Source: Blastocystis sp. Blastoise
Taxonomy: Eukaryota; Protista; Bigyra: Opalinata
Assembly: GCA_039096225.1 (NCBI GenBank)
Contig: JBBPEB010000009.1
Coordinates: 744,001-808,000 of the forward strand
Direction of reading: 5' to 3'
DNA length: 64,000 bases
Below, piece after piece: positions 63,136-64,000 of this stretch; positions within the stretch are counted from its first letter, which is position 1; each line of letters begins with the position of its first letter. The notes under the pieces are model-generated. The model was not told the DNA's origin, ran no database searches, and worked only from the letters and a program-made list of their open reading frames with translations. Position numbers and translations under genes: made by a program.

Positions 63136-64000
63136 TTCTTGTAATTATTTTAAATCTAATATACGTATAATACGATGTTACAACGAAGAATACCTTAAAA
63201 AATAAAATGAATATATGACTAAAGGATATTTTTAAAAATAAAAAACTAATATTTTTTTGAATACATACGATTTCTGACAATCATTTTTTTAGCCACAACT
63301 CTTTCAAGAAGGAAACAAAATATTGCATTAACAACGAGAGAAAAGGGATAACAAATGCGTAATACGAAGAAATGAAAATATTATTTTTTACCTATAATTT
63401 GGAAATAAACAAGGGGATTTTCTACAGAATTGAATTGTGTCAATGACGAATATCTTTTTGTGATCCATTTCATCCAATAATATCGTGAAAAGACCGTTTT
63501 GTCATCAATAGCCATTATTTAACGGAACAAATTTGATCCCAAGAAATGAATTTTTGTCTAGAGTCCTCCATCTGATTGGATCGCAGTTCTCTATAACCAA
63601 AAAGTTTCCCCTTTTTACTAAGTTGCTTAATTCACTAGTTTCCCCAGTTATTTTTATTTGGTTTTTCCCTTAAAATTTTTCTCAGTTTTATCGTTTAGAA
63701 TTCTCTTTAAAAATTACTTTTTTAATGGTTATTATTTCTTGTGCTGTTCTAAAAGAAGTCAGTCTTCTTTTATTACAAAAAATAGAGTCCTTTATTATAG
63801 TTGTTTGTCGGATTCATAAAAAAGGGATTTTAAAGATCAGCTATGAAGATTTCAAATAAATCATAAGTACTAAAGACAGTGAGACAATCATGAAGGTATC
63901 TTTCTGAAGAAGTATAACAAAGAACTCGAATAAGTTTAAATAATGTAAATAAGGACAAATTAAAACATAGAGAAATAAATAGTTGAATAAATGAGGAATT

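Noticed and set aside
63140-63230. ATATCCTTT on the minus strand in the LRR gene 5' region as a third U12 intron
   Set aside because: No convincing branch site and no reading frame to test it against.

Overview
Very AT-rich eukaryotic DNA with many short spliceosomal introns, often filled with (TA)n or (TTA)n tracts. The gene style resembles a Blastocystis-like stramenopile, which is inference only. Left half (1-32.7 kb): the 3' part of a modular Cys-rich secreted or surface protein gene, then a lineage-specific cluster of three BTB-like+LRR-like paralogs (A1-A3), two divergent relatives (C1 fragment, C2) and three BTB-BTB-TLDc paralogs (B1-B3). The cluster was built partly by an inverted A-B duplication, and most copies carry a stop or frameshift. 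Right half: ZPR1, a 1034-bp non-autonomous hAT-like element (70-bp TIRs, 8-bp TSD), tRNA-Ser(AGA), a P4-ATPase flippase convergent with a scramblase, a C45/AAT Ntn-hydrolase, tRNA-Ala(AGC), an unknown gene, a TMF1-like golgin, an intact pogo-type DD35D transposon (144-bp TIRs) and a putatively myristoylated LRR protein. Most notable: two U12-type AT-AC minor introns, several apparent AT-AG, GT-AT and GT-AA introns beside TA tracts, a dense frame-independent C[ACG]CGGG(A/G)A motif in the flippase gene, and near-uniform phase-1, repeat-sized exons in family A. Gene models were spliced by eye, so internal boundaries are approximate.
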